From the NCBI GenBank assembly GCA_964400355.1, contig CAYNTO010000001.1, forward strand, positions 430,019-494,018: a stretch of DNA of 64,000 nucleotides, in the 5' to 3' direction. This stretch comes from an uncultured Pseudobdellovibrionaceae bacterium (GTDB taxonomy: Bacteria > Bdellovibrionota > Bdellovibrionia > Bdellovibrionales > JAGQZY01). Below the pieces are notes generated by a model. It made no database searches, was not told where the DNA came from, and worked only from the letters and a program-made list of their open reading frames with translations. The position numbers and the translations under genes are program-made. Positions 55,753 through 64,000 of the stretch are shown here, one piece after another; position 1 is the stretch's first letter; the number at the start of each line of letters is the position of its first letter.

Positions 55753-57014
55753 TAGAGACCGCAAAAAAATTAGATAGCAATGACTCTCTCAAGGGATTAC
55801 GTCAGGAATTCCTGTTTCCTCAACAGGGCAATGGACAACCTTATATCTACCTGTGTGGAAACTCTCTGGGGCTTCAACCCAAGGCAACCAGACAATACAT
55901 CAATGAGGAATTGGAGGATTGGGCCAAGTATGGAGTGGAAGGCCACTTCGAGGCGCGCCGCCCATGGTTGCCGTATCACGAATTTGTGACGGAATCGCTC
56001 GCTCGTATTGTTGGCGGCAAGACCGAAGAAGTGGTTGCGATGAATTCGCTCACAGTGAATTTACACATCCTCATGACCAGTTTCTATCGCCCTACGAAAA
56101 CTCGTTTTAAAATCGTTATCGAAGGCAATGCTTTTCCGTCGGACCAATATGCTGTGGCATCACAGGCGCGGCTGCACGCTAAAAATATTGGCTTTGATCA
56201 CAGCACCTCGATCATTGAGGTGTTCCCGCGTGATGGCGAAACTTATATTCGCAGCGACGACTTCTTGGACACTTTAGAAAAACACAAAGATCAAATTGCT
56301 CTGGTGCTCCTTGGTGGTGTGAACTATCTGAGTGGGCAGTTGTTCGATATCAAAAAAATCTGTCATAAGACCCGCGAGATAGGTGCGGTCTTTGGTGTCG
56401 ATCTCGCTCATGCGGCGGGCAATGTGGAACTGGATCTTCATGGTTGGGATGTGGATTTTGCGTCGTGGTGTTCGTACAAATATTTAAACTCCGGTCCCGG
56501 AGGCATTTCGGGCGTTTTTGTGCATCAGCGGCATTTGGGTAAAAAAGATATTCCACGTTTCGAAGGTTGGTGGGGACACGACAAAGTGACTCGCTTTAAA
56601 ATGGGTCCTGTATTTGAACCGATGGCTACCGCTGAAGCGTGGCAGTTGAGCAATCCACCGATTTTTCAGTTGGCCGCACTTAAAGCCTCGCTGGATATTT
56701 TTGACAAAGCCACCATGCCATCTATTCGCAAGAAATCTCAAGCGCTCACTGGTTATTTGTGGGATCAGCTGCAAACATTACCGCGTGACTTTGTAGATGT
56801 CTTTACACCCGCCGACGGCGCCCAGCGAGGCGCACAACTTTCGTTAAAACTGCGCAATGGTACCAAAGACATGGTGGCATCGCTGCGCAAAGACGGAGTG
56901 ATTTGCGATTTTCGCGAACCCAACATCATTCGGGTGGCGCCAACTGCTTTGTACAATTCTTTTGAAGACTGCTTTCACTTCGTCGAAGGATTAAGAAAAT
57001 ATGCCGGTCAATAA
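55749..57014 (+). CDS. kynU: kynureninase
   Basis: IYLCGNSLGLQPK, DLAHAAGN and the PLP-lysine context SWCSYKYLNSGPGG. ATGA overlap with the ACMSD stop. Confidence 0.9.
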   Translation: MIETAKKLDSNDSLKGLRQEFLFPQQGNGQPYIYLCGNSLGLQPKATRQYINEELEDWAKYGVEGHFEARRPWLPYHEFVTESLARIVGGKTEEVVAMNSLTVNLHILMTSFYRPTKTRFKIVIEGNAFPSDQYAVASQARLHAKNIGFDHSTSIIEVFPRDGETYIRSDDFLDTLEKHKDQIALVLLGGVNYLSGQLFDIKKICHKTREIGAVFGVDLAHAAGNVELDLHGWDVDFASWCSYKYLNSGPGGISGVFVHQRHLGKKDIPRFEGWWGHDKVTRFKMGPVFEPMATAEAWQLSNPPIFQLAALKASLDIFDKATMPSIRKKSQALTGYLWDQLQTLPRDFVDVFTPADGAQRGAQLSLKLRNGTKDMVASLRKDGVICDFREPNIIRVAPTALYNSFEDCFHFVEGLRKYAGQ

Positions 57015-58383
57015 GATCGATAAAAAACAAACCGTCACCATTATCGGCGCAGGTCTGGTGGGATCGCTCCTCACCATTAATTTAGCTCGCCGCGGATTCG
57101 CAGTCCAGGTGTATGAGCGTCGTTCGGATCCGCGCGCGCAGCGCCGGCTGGGCGTAGTGGGAGAAGGCCGATCCATCAATTTAGCCATCTCCACGCGTGG
57201 CTTATCGGCTTTAGAAAAGATCGGTCTGGCAGAACCAGTTCGCGAAGAGGCCATCCCCATGCGCGGACGTCGACTTCATGCCAAAAATGGAGAGTTGGCC
57301 TATCAGGCTTACGGGAGTGACGATTCGCAGGCGATCAATTCTATTTCACGCGGTTGGCTCAATATGTTTTTACTCGATGAGGCGGAGAAGTACCCGAACG
57401 TGAAGCTTCATTTTCAGTTTAAACTGCATGGAGTTGATCCACTCAAAAAAGCCATGCAGATGATCGACGTGAGTGCCAACAAAGAGCGCCAGGTGTACTA
57501 CGATATGTTGTTGTGCACCGATGGTTCCGGCTCAGCCGGTCGCCATTCTTTGCTGGAAAAGGGCATTGTCCAGCAGAGCGAAGAGGAGCTTTCACATGGC
57601 TATAAAGAGTTTGTTATGGCCGCAAAAGCTCCTGGGGAATTCAAGATGGACGTGAATGCGTTGCACATTTGGCCGCGCGGCCCTTATATGATGATTGCGC
57701 TTCCAAATAGCGACGGCAGTTACACCTGTACGCTTTTTTTGAGCCACAAAGCCAATAAACACTCTTCCTGTGCCTTTGAGAGTTTAGATGGCGACGAAAA
57801 AATTCAAACTTTTTTCCAGTCCGAATTTCCCGATTTTTGCCAATTCGTTCCTGATTATCTCGAGCAGTTCCATGCCCATCCTACTGGCCGCATGGTCACT
57901 GTTAAATGTGCGCCGTGGGGTAAAGGTTCCATCCAAATGATGGGCGATGCTGCGCACGCTATAGTGCCGTTCTTTGGGCAAGGTATGAATGCGGGATTCG
58001 AAGATGTGGAGGTTTTTGGAGAGCTGCTTGATAGACATTCCGACTGGGACGAATTGTTCGCGGAGTTTTTTGAGCGCCGCAAGGAAAACGTGGACGCTAT
58101 TGCAGATATGGCTGTGGAGAACTTTGAGGAGATGTCGGCAAAGACGGCCGATGAGAAATTTTTGTATCAAAAAAAGGTGGAAAAGCTTTTACACGATAAA
58201 TTTCCCGATCTTTACACCTCTCGCTACTCGATGGTGAGTTTTAGCAAAACACCGTACAAAGTAGCCCACGATTTGGGAAAAAAACAAAATATAGTGCTCG
58301 AAAAAATAACCGAAAAGCATTTTCCCAATCTCGACATTGATTACGATTACGCGCGCGGTTTGATTCAGGAACATTTGCAGTAA
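57001..58383 (+). CDS. kmo: kynurenine 3-monooxygenase
   Basis: FAD fingerprint VTIIGAGLVGSLL, GDAAHAIVPFFGQGMNAGFEDV. Overlaps kynU by 14 nt. Confidence 0.9.
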   Translation: MPVNKIDKKQTVTIIGAGLVGSLLTINLARRGFAVQVYERRSDPRAQRRLGVVGEGRSINLAISTRGLSALEKIGLAEPVREEAIPMRGRRLHAKNGELAYQAYGSDDSQAINSISRGWLNMFLLDEAEKYPNVKLHFQFKLHGVDPLKKAMQMIDVSANKERQVYYDMLLCTDGSGSAGRHSLLEKGIVQQSEEELSHGYKEFVMAAKAPGEFKMDVNALHIWPRGPYMMIALPNSDGSYTCTLFLSHKANKHSSCAFESLDGDEKIQTFFQSEFPDFCQFVPDYLEQFHAHPTGRMVTVKCAPWGKGSIQMMGDAAHAIVPFFGQGMNAGFEDVEVFGELLDRHSDWDELFAEFFERRKENVDAIADMAVENFEEMSAKTADEKFLYQKKVEKLLHDKFPDLYTSRYSMVSFSKTPYKVAHDLGKKQNIVLEKITEKHFPNLDIDYDYARGLIQEHLQ

Positions 58384-58426
58384 GAGAGATTTTTGCTTTA
58401 TAGCGAGATCTCAAGAAGGAGTGAAA

Positions 58427-59164
58427 ATGGAACTAGGAATTCAAGGTAAAAAGGCTATCGTTTTTGGAGCGTCGTCGGGCCTCGGCAAGGCTGTGGCGAA
58501 AGCACTTGCGCAAGAAGGAGTTGATGTAGCTATAGGAGCACGCACTGAGGAAAAACTCCGAGCCGCATTAAAAGAAACGGCAGCAAAGTACTCCTCGACG
58601 GTGGACATGAGTTTGTCTGGTTCGGCAAAACAGTTCACCGTGCAGACCATGGAAAAACTGGGCGGTGCTGACATTGTAGTGATCAATACGGGCGGCCCAC
58701 CGAAAGGTCATTTTGAAGCGGTAACCGAAAGCCAGTGGAATGACGGATACCAATCGCTGTGGCTTTCGACCATCGATGTTATCAATGCGGTATTACCCAC
58801 TATGAAGAAAAACAAATGGGGTCGAATTCTTCTTATCACATCGGCCGCTGCCAAAGAACCGATTGCAGAGCTGACGATCTCCAATGGATTTCGCGCAGGC
58901 CTCCTGGGTCTTGCTCGTTCCCTCAGTCACGAAGTGGCGCCCTATGGAATTACGGTGAACTCGTTGTTACCGGGTCATACCGACACGGAACGACTGACCA
59001 ATCTTGGTATAGATAAATCAAAAATCATCGCCCATATTCCAGCCGGGCGACTGGGCACTACCAAAGAGTTTGGCGCATTGGGGGCCTTTCTAGCGTCGGA
59101 CCTTGCAGGTTTTATTACTGGCCAGGCCATAGTGGCCGATGGCGGGGTACAACGAGGAATCTAG
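58427..59164 (+). CDS. SDR-family oxidoreductase
   Basis: GKKAIVFGASSGLGKAVA cofactor motif, NTGG, and a classical SDR layout. AAGGAG lies 5 nt before ATG 58427. Confidence 0.8.
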   Translation: MELGIQGKKAIVFGASSGLGKAVAKALAQEGVDVAIGARTEEKLRAALKETAAKYSSTVDMSLSGSAKQFTVQTMEKLGGADIVVINTGGPPKGHFEAVTESQWNDGYQSLWLSTIDVINAVLPTMKKNKWGRILLITSAAAKEPIAELTISNGFRAGLLGLARSLSHEVAPYGITVNSLLPGHTDTERLTNLGIDKSKIIAHIPAGRLGTTKEFGALGAFLASDLAGFITGQAIVADGGVQRGI

Positions 59165-59784
59165 CGGAAGTTTCTATTTTCGAAAAATCGAATGCAGTCA
59201 TTGAGGTTTCCTGGTGGAACATCAATAGCTTTTAAGCTTTTAGTCCACGCCGGCGGCGTAAAGCGCGGTGAGTGCTGATACAGATAGTAGTTAAAAGTAT
59301 TCTCAGGCAGGGTGTTTGAGAACTTGCCTTGATCGATCTGCTGTGCCCACTGAACGGTTTTTTCCCACAATTTTGATTTTTCCGGACATAAAAACTGTGC
59401 AACTGCCGACTCCTTATAGAAATGTAAGGATGATGCAAACTGCGAATCCTTAAAAATCACATCTTCAATATTTCCGTCTTTTTTAATGCGTTGATCGAGC
59501 ACGCTAGCGATGTGGTGTGAGATATCTATGTGGCGATCCTGGCATTTGGCGCCACTGGCTATGGTTTCCGCATAAATCAGACGTGCAAGGATCTCAGCAC
59601 GCGGAGTTTTATTTTTTTGAAATAGCCGACGAAAGTGTTTGTAGCTTCGGTCCGCTTTCGATTTTTCGAGTGGCCTGGCTTCGAAGCAAATAGGCTGTGG
59701 CGACTCGGGGGGAGCGTATTTTGTCCCTTGCGTTTGTGCCGAAGAGATAAGGGTGGCAAAAAAAGCGGTGAGAAGCACACTCAT
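59161..59784 (-). CDS. secreted cell-wall hydrolase (SleB/Hydrolase_2-like)
   Basis: Signal peptide MSVLLTAFFATLISSAQT. ILARLIYAETIASG...IASVLDQRIKK...DVIFKDSQFAS resembles the SleB-type hydrolase signature. Its stop overlaps the SDR stop in CTAG. Confidence 0.5.
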   Translation of the reverse strand: MSVLLTAFFATLISSAQTQGTKYAPPESPQPICFEARPLEKSKADRSYKHFRRLFQKNKTPRAEILARLIYAETIASGAKCQDRHIDISHHIASVLDQRIKKDGNIEDVIFKDSQFASSLHFYKESAVAQFLCPEKSKLWEKTVQWAQQIDQGKFSNTLPENTFNYYLYQHSPRFTPPAWTKSLKAIDVPPGNLNDCIRFFENRNFR

Positions 59785-59786
59785 TA

Positions 59787-60296
59787 CTAACGACCGACGT
59801 GCAATTGTGCGTCGTCTCTCAATTGTGTCCGCATTTCTTCGGGATCGCGCTTGCGTCCCTCAAACGTGATCCAATCGATTTTCATCTTTTCCATATTGGC
59901 TTTTGCCAGCGCACCTGCTTGGTGCGCATCAGCCGTGGTCATTTTTTCTACTTGGGAGCGCTTGAATTTCCACTGCACACCGGGATACGAGGCGCGCGGA
60001 TCATGACTGTCTTCGGGATACATCAGACTGTGCCAAAAGCCATCGAAACTTCCGTAGGATTTCCCTCGATAAGTAAAAGGCGCGGTATCTGGGTTTGCCA
60101 CTGCGCCCTCATCTACAGTTGCGCTCGTACTTTCTGTTTGGAAAAGCTCTTGACGCTGCTCGGGCCCCCACACGGCTTCAGGATAGACCATTGATGGCGC
60201 GTCCCGTTTGGCTTTCATTGACGAGCATCCCACCGTTAAAAAAAGTAAGGCGAGAGGAACAGAAAAGTTGCGGAGTTTAAAAAGTGCGTTCGACAT
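59787..60296 (-). CDS. lipoprotein, function unknown
   Basis: Lipobox LFLTVGCSS, 169 aa, 2 nt upstream of the hydrolase gene. Confidence 0.5.
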   Translation of the reverse strand: MSNALFKLRNFSVPLALLFLTVGCSSMKAKRDAPSMVYPEAVWGPEQRQELFQTESTSATVDEGAVANPDTAPFTYRGKSYGSFDGFWHSLMYPEDSHDPRASYPGVQWKFKRSQVEKMTTADAHQAGALAKANMEKMKIDWITFEGRKRDPEEMRTQLRDDAQLHVGR

Positions 60297-60405
60297 GTGA
60301 CCCAGTATTTCGCATTTTATCAGTTCTGTCGAATATTAAGAAAATGGGAAGGTGTCTCTCTGGTGGCGATTTGCCGCCATCCAGCGTGAACGAAGAGCGG
60401 GGGCA

Positions 60406-61842
60406 TTAGCTGGCTTTGAGTCTGTACTTGGCTGAGCCTTCGATTTTTTCGACGATATCTTCGTCTTTAATGTCTTTAAATAGGCGGTAAATCTTATGTT
60501 TGGAGAGCGGTACTACGTTTTCGAGATCGGCCACACTGAACGGGCGATCACCGATAGCATATTTGATAATGTGCGCGAGGACTTCTTGGCGACTCTCAAA
60601 AATCATTTGCGGGTAAATAGTCACTGAGGTCGCCTCTTTAAGGCGCAGACGGTATCCGTATATAGTGGATTCCAATCGGAGACCCATGTCGGACTCCTCA
60701 ATAAATTTTTGCAGCTTTGCAGTGAGCGCGTAAATTTTTTTCGGTGAAGAGATGGGGTTATACACTTCACCACAAAACAAATAATCAAAAATGCGGGGGA
60801 TGGACCACGGCCGGTAGCCATCGGCCAGGAATAGCAGAAATAAACGATGCAGAAGCATACCCGACGGGAGTTTCTCCGAGAACATCTGCAGTGGATCTAT
60901 ATTCGATGTGCTTTCGCCTCGCGCCAACTGGTAGGTACCCATCGATTCGAACTCTAATCCCGTCTGCAAACGCATGCGCTGGCGATATCCCTCATACGGC
61001 GTGCTAAAATAGACTTGTTTGAGAAGTTCAGTGTTCTTTTGGAAGCGCGCGATGTGATAATCAAAATCGCGCAATGTTTCCCAGTGCAGGGACTTCCTTA
61101 TTTCGCGCTTAAGGCTCGAAATGGCATCCATGTTGAATTCGCCGTCTGCAGCTTCGGTTACAAGTTGCCATTTTTTAATAAATAACGAGGTGTTGCTCTG
61201 TTGGTCGCCGCTGAGTTTGAGAGCTTCGTCAAAAATGGTCTCGGCTTTTTTAAAGTCACCCTGCAGGAGATGGAATTGGCCGAGCAGCTCTCTGTAATTG
61301 AGGAAAAACTGAAAATAATTTTTTGCATCCATCTTCGAAAGGTAACCGATCTCCCTGGAGGCTTCATCAAAAAGTCCCAAGAACAAACTGCACGACGCCA
61401 AATTGAGGTGCGCGACGATAGATTCCCGTTCGTTCAGAGAGAAATTATGAATGTGAGCGAGCAGGTGTTGGCGGGCTGCCGCATAATTCCACTCGTGTAC
61501 TTCGGCATACGCCAGATAAAGTGACTGGTCTTTTCCTTGTCCCGAGCGCTCAAGAAGTAATTTACTTTGGCGGACCAATCCAATTTTGCGAATAGAGGAT
61601 GCGTACTCAAGCAAATCCTCTTGTGATGGAGATGTGGTGCCGTAAACGTTGCCTTGAAGGATATGAATCGCCTCGTTGTACATATGACAACGACGCGCGA
61701 TGCGCGCGTAGTGCCGACGCACGTCCTTAGGAAGGCTTTCCACATCAAGGGCCTTAATTGTTTTTCGAGGTATATCGAGCTGAAACCCATCCACTGCGGA
61801 TTCCAACTCCTGTACCAGAATGAGATGTTTATTGGCCGACAT
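60406..61842 (-). CDS. TPR-like repeat protein with C-terminal OmpR/PhoB-type winged-helix region(s)
   Basis: The N-terminal 300 aa or so are helical-repeat (TPR-like, e.g. FKKAETIFDEALKL). The C-terminus has KIYALTAKLQKFIEESDMGLRLESTIYGYRLRL (trans_reg_C-like), then a second wHTH-like end (FSVADLENVVPLSKHKIYRLFKDIKDEDIV). No receiver domain. Confidence 0.5.
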   Translation of the reverse strand: MSANKHLILVQELESAVDGFQLDIPRKTIKALDVESLPKDVRRHYARIARRCHMYNEAIHILQGNVYGTTSPSQEDLLEYASSIRKIGLVRQSKLLLERSGQGKDQSLYLAYAEVHEWNYAAARQHLLAHIHNFSLNERESIVAHLNLASCSLFLGLFDEASREIGYLSKMDAKNYFQFFLNYRELLGQFHLLQGDFKKAETIFDEALKLSGDQQSNTSLFIKKWQLVTEAADGEFNMDAISSLKREIRKSLHWETLRDFDYHIARFQKNTELLKQVYFSTPYEGYRQRMRLQTGLEFESMGTYQLARGESTSNIDPLQMFSEKLPSGMLLHRLFLLFLADGYRPWSIPRIFDYLFCGEVYNPISSPKKIYALTAKLQKFIEESDMGLRLESTIYGYRLRLKEATSVTIYPQMIFESRQEVLAHIIKYAIGDRPFSVADLENVVPLSKHKIYRLFKDIKDEDIVEKIEGSAKYRLKAS

Positions 61843-61886
61843 TTGCTTATTTATCGGTTTTTGTGGAGAATAGTTGCATGGGGGCC

Positions 61887-62345
61887 ATGAAGAAACTCTT
61901 CCTTACCTGTATTTTGGTCGGTACCTGTGTTCCACTTTTTCAGAATTGTGGGCAACAAGGTGCTTTGCACGGTAATGGTGACCCCTACGAATCCGATCCT
62001 GTCCTGGACATTGGTGATGATTTTAATACTGAACTGCCCGGGTCACCCGTAAGCGGAACAGCTCCAGTTGTTCGTTCCTGTACTCCGGTTGGATCCGGTG
62101 GCAAGATTTCCAAAGTGATCTTTCAGTCTTTAGATGCCGCGAACAATCAGATTCGAATAATCACCACAGACTCTAAAGAACGCTCAGTGATCGCGAGCAG
62201 TTCCAGTACTTCTGTCACAATGGATTTGCAGTACGATTCGGGCATTCGCGTTAAACGCGTGGATATTTTTGCATATAGTGTTACACTGTATGTAGAAAAA
62301 TCGGGTGTGACGACCTCAGAACAGCTCTCTTGCGTGTTCCCTTAG
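61887..62345 (+). CDS. lipoprotein, function unknown
   Basis: MKKLFLTCILVGTCVPLFQNCG, the same FQNCG lipobox as 7014..8669. 152 aa. Confidence 0.55.
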   Translation: MKKLFLTCILVGTCVPLFQNCGQQGALHGNGDPYESDPVLDIGDDFNTELPGSPVSGTAPVVRSCTPVGSGGKISKVIFQSLDAANNQIRIITTDSKERSVIASSSSTSVTMDLQYDSGIRVKRVDIFAYSVTLYVEKSGVTTSEQLSCVFP

Positions 62346-62419
62346 CACACTTTTTTGTTTTTTCCATTCTCACACAGACACAATAGTTTTTGCTTCTCGC
62401 TGCCATAAATTATTTTTTT

Positions 62420-62448
62420 TTGCGCACTCCTTCAGAGTTCGATATTCT
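62420..62448 (+). promoter_or_regulatory. candidate sigma70-type promoter
   Basis: TTGCGC - 17 nt - TATTCT, preceded by a T-rich tract (TTATTTTTTTTT). Purely a sequence match. Confidence 0.3.
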
Positions 62449-62486
62449 GACTATGGTTTTCTGAAGCCTGAAGGGAGGTGGTGCCT

Positions 62487-62543
62487 ATGACAGAACAGAT
62501 AAGAAGTTGTGGGCTCCTCCATTTTAATGGAGGAGCTTACTAG
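62487..62543 (+). CDS. candidate 18-codon small ORF (MTEQIRSCGLLHFNGGAY)
   Basis: Strong SD GGGAGGTGG 8 nt upstream of the ATG. The ORF contains a 10-bp hairpin (62513..62536). A terminator lies 40 nt downstream. It could equally be a non-coding sRNA. Confidence 0.25.
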   Translation: MTEQIRSCGLLHFNGGAY

Positions 62544-62582
62544 AAGATCGGCGAACCGTGCGAATAGCACCGCTAAGCCTTT

Positions 62583-62612
62583 AGGCGACACGAAAGTGTC
62601 GCCTATTTTTTT
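62583..62612 (+). terminator. rho-independent terminator
   Basis: AGGCGACAC-GAAA-GTGTCGCCT (9-bp stem, GNRA loop) followed by A and TTTTTTT. Confidence 0.75.
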
Positions 62613-62630
62613 GCCATTTTAGAGCGGAAA

Positions 62631-63338
62631 TCACAGCGAATCGTGAGCTGAATTTTTAATCAAAGAGTCCGCCTCTTTTCCTAAATAGCGGTCAATCAAA
62701 CCATGCACGGCGTAGATCACTGGAGTAAGTGCGATAGCGATCAGAAGTTTGTAAGAATAATTTGTTAATGCCACATTGAAGAATTCATTGCTCGAAATTT
62801 TACCCGGTAGCCAAAATGCGATACCGATTATAATGAGACTATCGATCATCTGCGAAACAATGGTCGATCCGGTGGTGCGCAACCACAATAATCGCGAGCC
62901 CGTCTTTTCGCGAACAAACCAAAATACCGTAACGTCGATGAGCTGAGACACCGTAAAGGCAATGACGCTTCCAAATATGATCCATAGGGATTGTCCAAAC
63001 ACAGTGCGAAAGGTTTCGTCGTTAACGGGTGAGAAGTCGGCAGCTGGAACCGCCACTGCAATAGCGAGTACTATGAAACAATAGATAATCATGGCGGTGG
63101 TCATCCACGTGATGCGCCTAACGCCCTCTTTGCCAAAATATTCATTCATGATATCGGTGGCGACGAGAACGATTGGCCAAGGAATAACCCCAATAGATGC
63201 CGCGGGTTTCCCAATCCATGGAATATCCAGCGGAATAAATATGAGTTTCCCACCAATCAGCTCGGCGAGCACGGCATTGGTGATAAAAAAAGCTGCAAGC
63301 AATAGATAGATGGTGTCTCGTCGGTTTTGTAACTTCAT
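62631..63338 (-). CDS. yhhQ: queuosine-precursor transporter family (YhhQ/VUT, DUF165)
   Basis: Polytopic membrane protein with the YhhQ-like pattern (AAFFITNAVLAELIGGKLIF..., VSQLIDVTVFWFVRE, TGSTIVSQMIDSLIII). Start at ATG 63338 (MKLQNRRD). Confidence 0.75.
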   Translation of the reverse strand: MKLQNRRDTIYLLLAAFFITNAVLAELIGGKLIFIPLDIPWIGKPAASIGVIPWPIVLVATDIMNEYFGKEGVRRITWMTTAMIIYCFIVLAIAVAVPAADFSPVNDETFRTVFGQSLWIIFGSVIAFTVSQLIDVTVFWFVREKTGSRLLWLRTTGSTIVSQMIDSLIIIGIAFWLPGKISSNEFFNVALTNYSYKLLIAIALTPVIYAVHGLIDRYLGKEADSLIKNSAHDSL

Positions 63339-63534
63339 ATTATTGGAAAGATACCTCGGGCCATAGGGGTAGGCTACAGTTCTTTTTGTTCGGCGCGGTA
63401 CCACGGTGTTTCAGTTCTATACAATTGGCAAAGCAAAAAATGAAAAATGAATCATTATGAGACGTTTTTTTTGCAATTATCTGGGTGTCGTTCATACCCC
63501 CGAATTTGAGAAACTATATGTATTGGGGGCAATT

Positions 63535-64000
63535 ATGAAAACTTATAAGAATATTTTAATGGGATTGGTGTTAGCAGTGAGTACAGTGAACTGCGAGAGT
63601 GGTAAAAACAACGGTGGGTTTACTCCCGTACCGCTGCCACAGCCATGCACGGGTGACAATTGTATTACGGATTTAGATATTGAATCCACACCGGAGAAGA
63701 TTTCGTATTTTGATGGGGGCTGGTATGGACTACCGAATGTTCCGAATTGGCGCTTGAAAGTGGATATCGACCGCTCGGGAAACAAAATCAATGCAAAGGT
63801 GCAAACACCCAGCTGTACTGTGGCCGGAACTATTACAGCTAAGGATTATGTGGCGCTCGATACAGCCATGCTGAATGTGGCGACCAAAGTGGATGAGGTG
63901 TCCATGGTGGATGGCGGCGATGAGGTGATCACAGTTACCGAAGACGGCGTTATTTCAAAACTTTTTTTAAAAACTGGTGACTCTTCGTATAGAAAACCTG
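63535..64000 (+). CDS. lipoprotein, 3' end outside window (partial)
   Basis: Not in the ORF track because it has no stop in the window. Hand translation from ATG 63535 gives MKTYKNILMGLVLAVSTVNCESGKNNGGFTPVPLPQPCTGDNC...GDSSYRKP, open to nt 64000. Lipobox AVSTVNC. Confidence 0.6.
   Translation, partial: MKTYKNILMGLVLAVSTVNCESGKNNGGFTPVPLPQPCTGDNCITDLDIESTPEKISYFDGGWYGLPNVPNWRLKVDIDRSGNKINAKVQTPSCTVAGTITAKDYVALDTAMLNVATKVDEVSMVDGGDEVITVTEDGVISKLFLKTGDSSYRKP

Noticed and set aside
63339-63534. preQ1 riboswitch expected upstream of yhhQ
   Set aside because: I reverse-complemented the leader. It contains an A-rich stretch (CGAACAAAAAGAACTG), but I could not fold a convincing P1 stem with the conserved preQ1-I or preQ1-II loop and tail. 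An Infernal scan would be needed.
63543-63791. 82-aa minus-strand ORF
   Set aside because: It is antisense to an open plus-strand frame from ATG 63535 that encodes a lipoprotein signal peptide and runs to the window end. The plus-strand reading is preferred.

Overview
This 64-kb window looks like ordinary bacterial chromosome. I call about 58 protein-coding genes and find no rRNA, tRNA, CRISPR array, transposase or integrase. All assignments come from reading the ORF-track translations for motifs, with no database search. Start codons were refined by hand, because many track ORFs carry spurious N-terminal extensions and some begin at GTG or TTG. Coordinates of hand-read hairpins and repeats may be off by 1-2 nt.

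The gene content suggests a Bdellovibrio-like predator (Bdellovibrionota), but that is an inference. It rests on FQNCG-type lipoboxes, many secreted proteins and lipoproteins, a giant tail-fibre-like adhesin, pilT, and DUF1592/DUF1552 pairs.

Recognisable housekeeping genes:
- mutY and an agmatinase-family gene
- alaS-recX-pilT on the minus strand, divergent from pgpA-cinA-recA
- lysC, nnr, a photolyase and a UbiB/ABC1 kinase
- a translationally coupled kynurenine / 3-hydroxyanthranilate catabolic operon (kynB, aldehyde dehydrogenase, RidA-type deaminase, HAO, ACMSD, kynU, kmo, SDR)
- yhhQ

The most interesting region is about 14.3-27.0 kb:
- It holds a 1581-aa modular fibre/adhesin gene that looks like two fibres fused head-to-tail, with an Ig-like lipoprotein upstream and a Tat-signal protein downstream.
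- Next to it lies a SiaA/B/C-like partner-switching set: a HAMP-PP2C phosphatase, an RsbW-like kinase and two STAS-like paralogues. A FecR-domain/beta-barrel protein is coupled to the phosphatase, and no output gene is visible.
- The whole segment is bracketed by two copies of a roughly 43-nt direct repeat fused to terminator hairpins.

Other things worth a look:
- a REP-like palindrome family (CACTTCCGTAGCGGAAGTG)
- a 34-bp perfect (about 46-bp imperfect) inverted repeat plus an AT-rich tract after recA
- a candidate stand-alone mini transcription unit (promoter, strong SD, 18-codon ORF, hairpin, terminator) at 62.4-62.6 kb
- a cluster of CxxCH-motif envelope proteins at 7-12.7 kb
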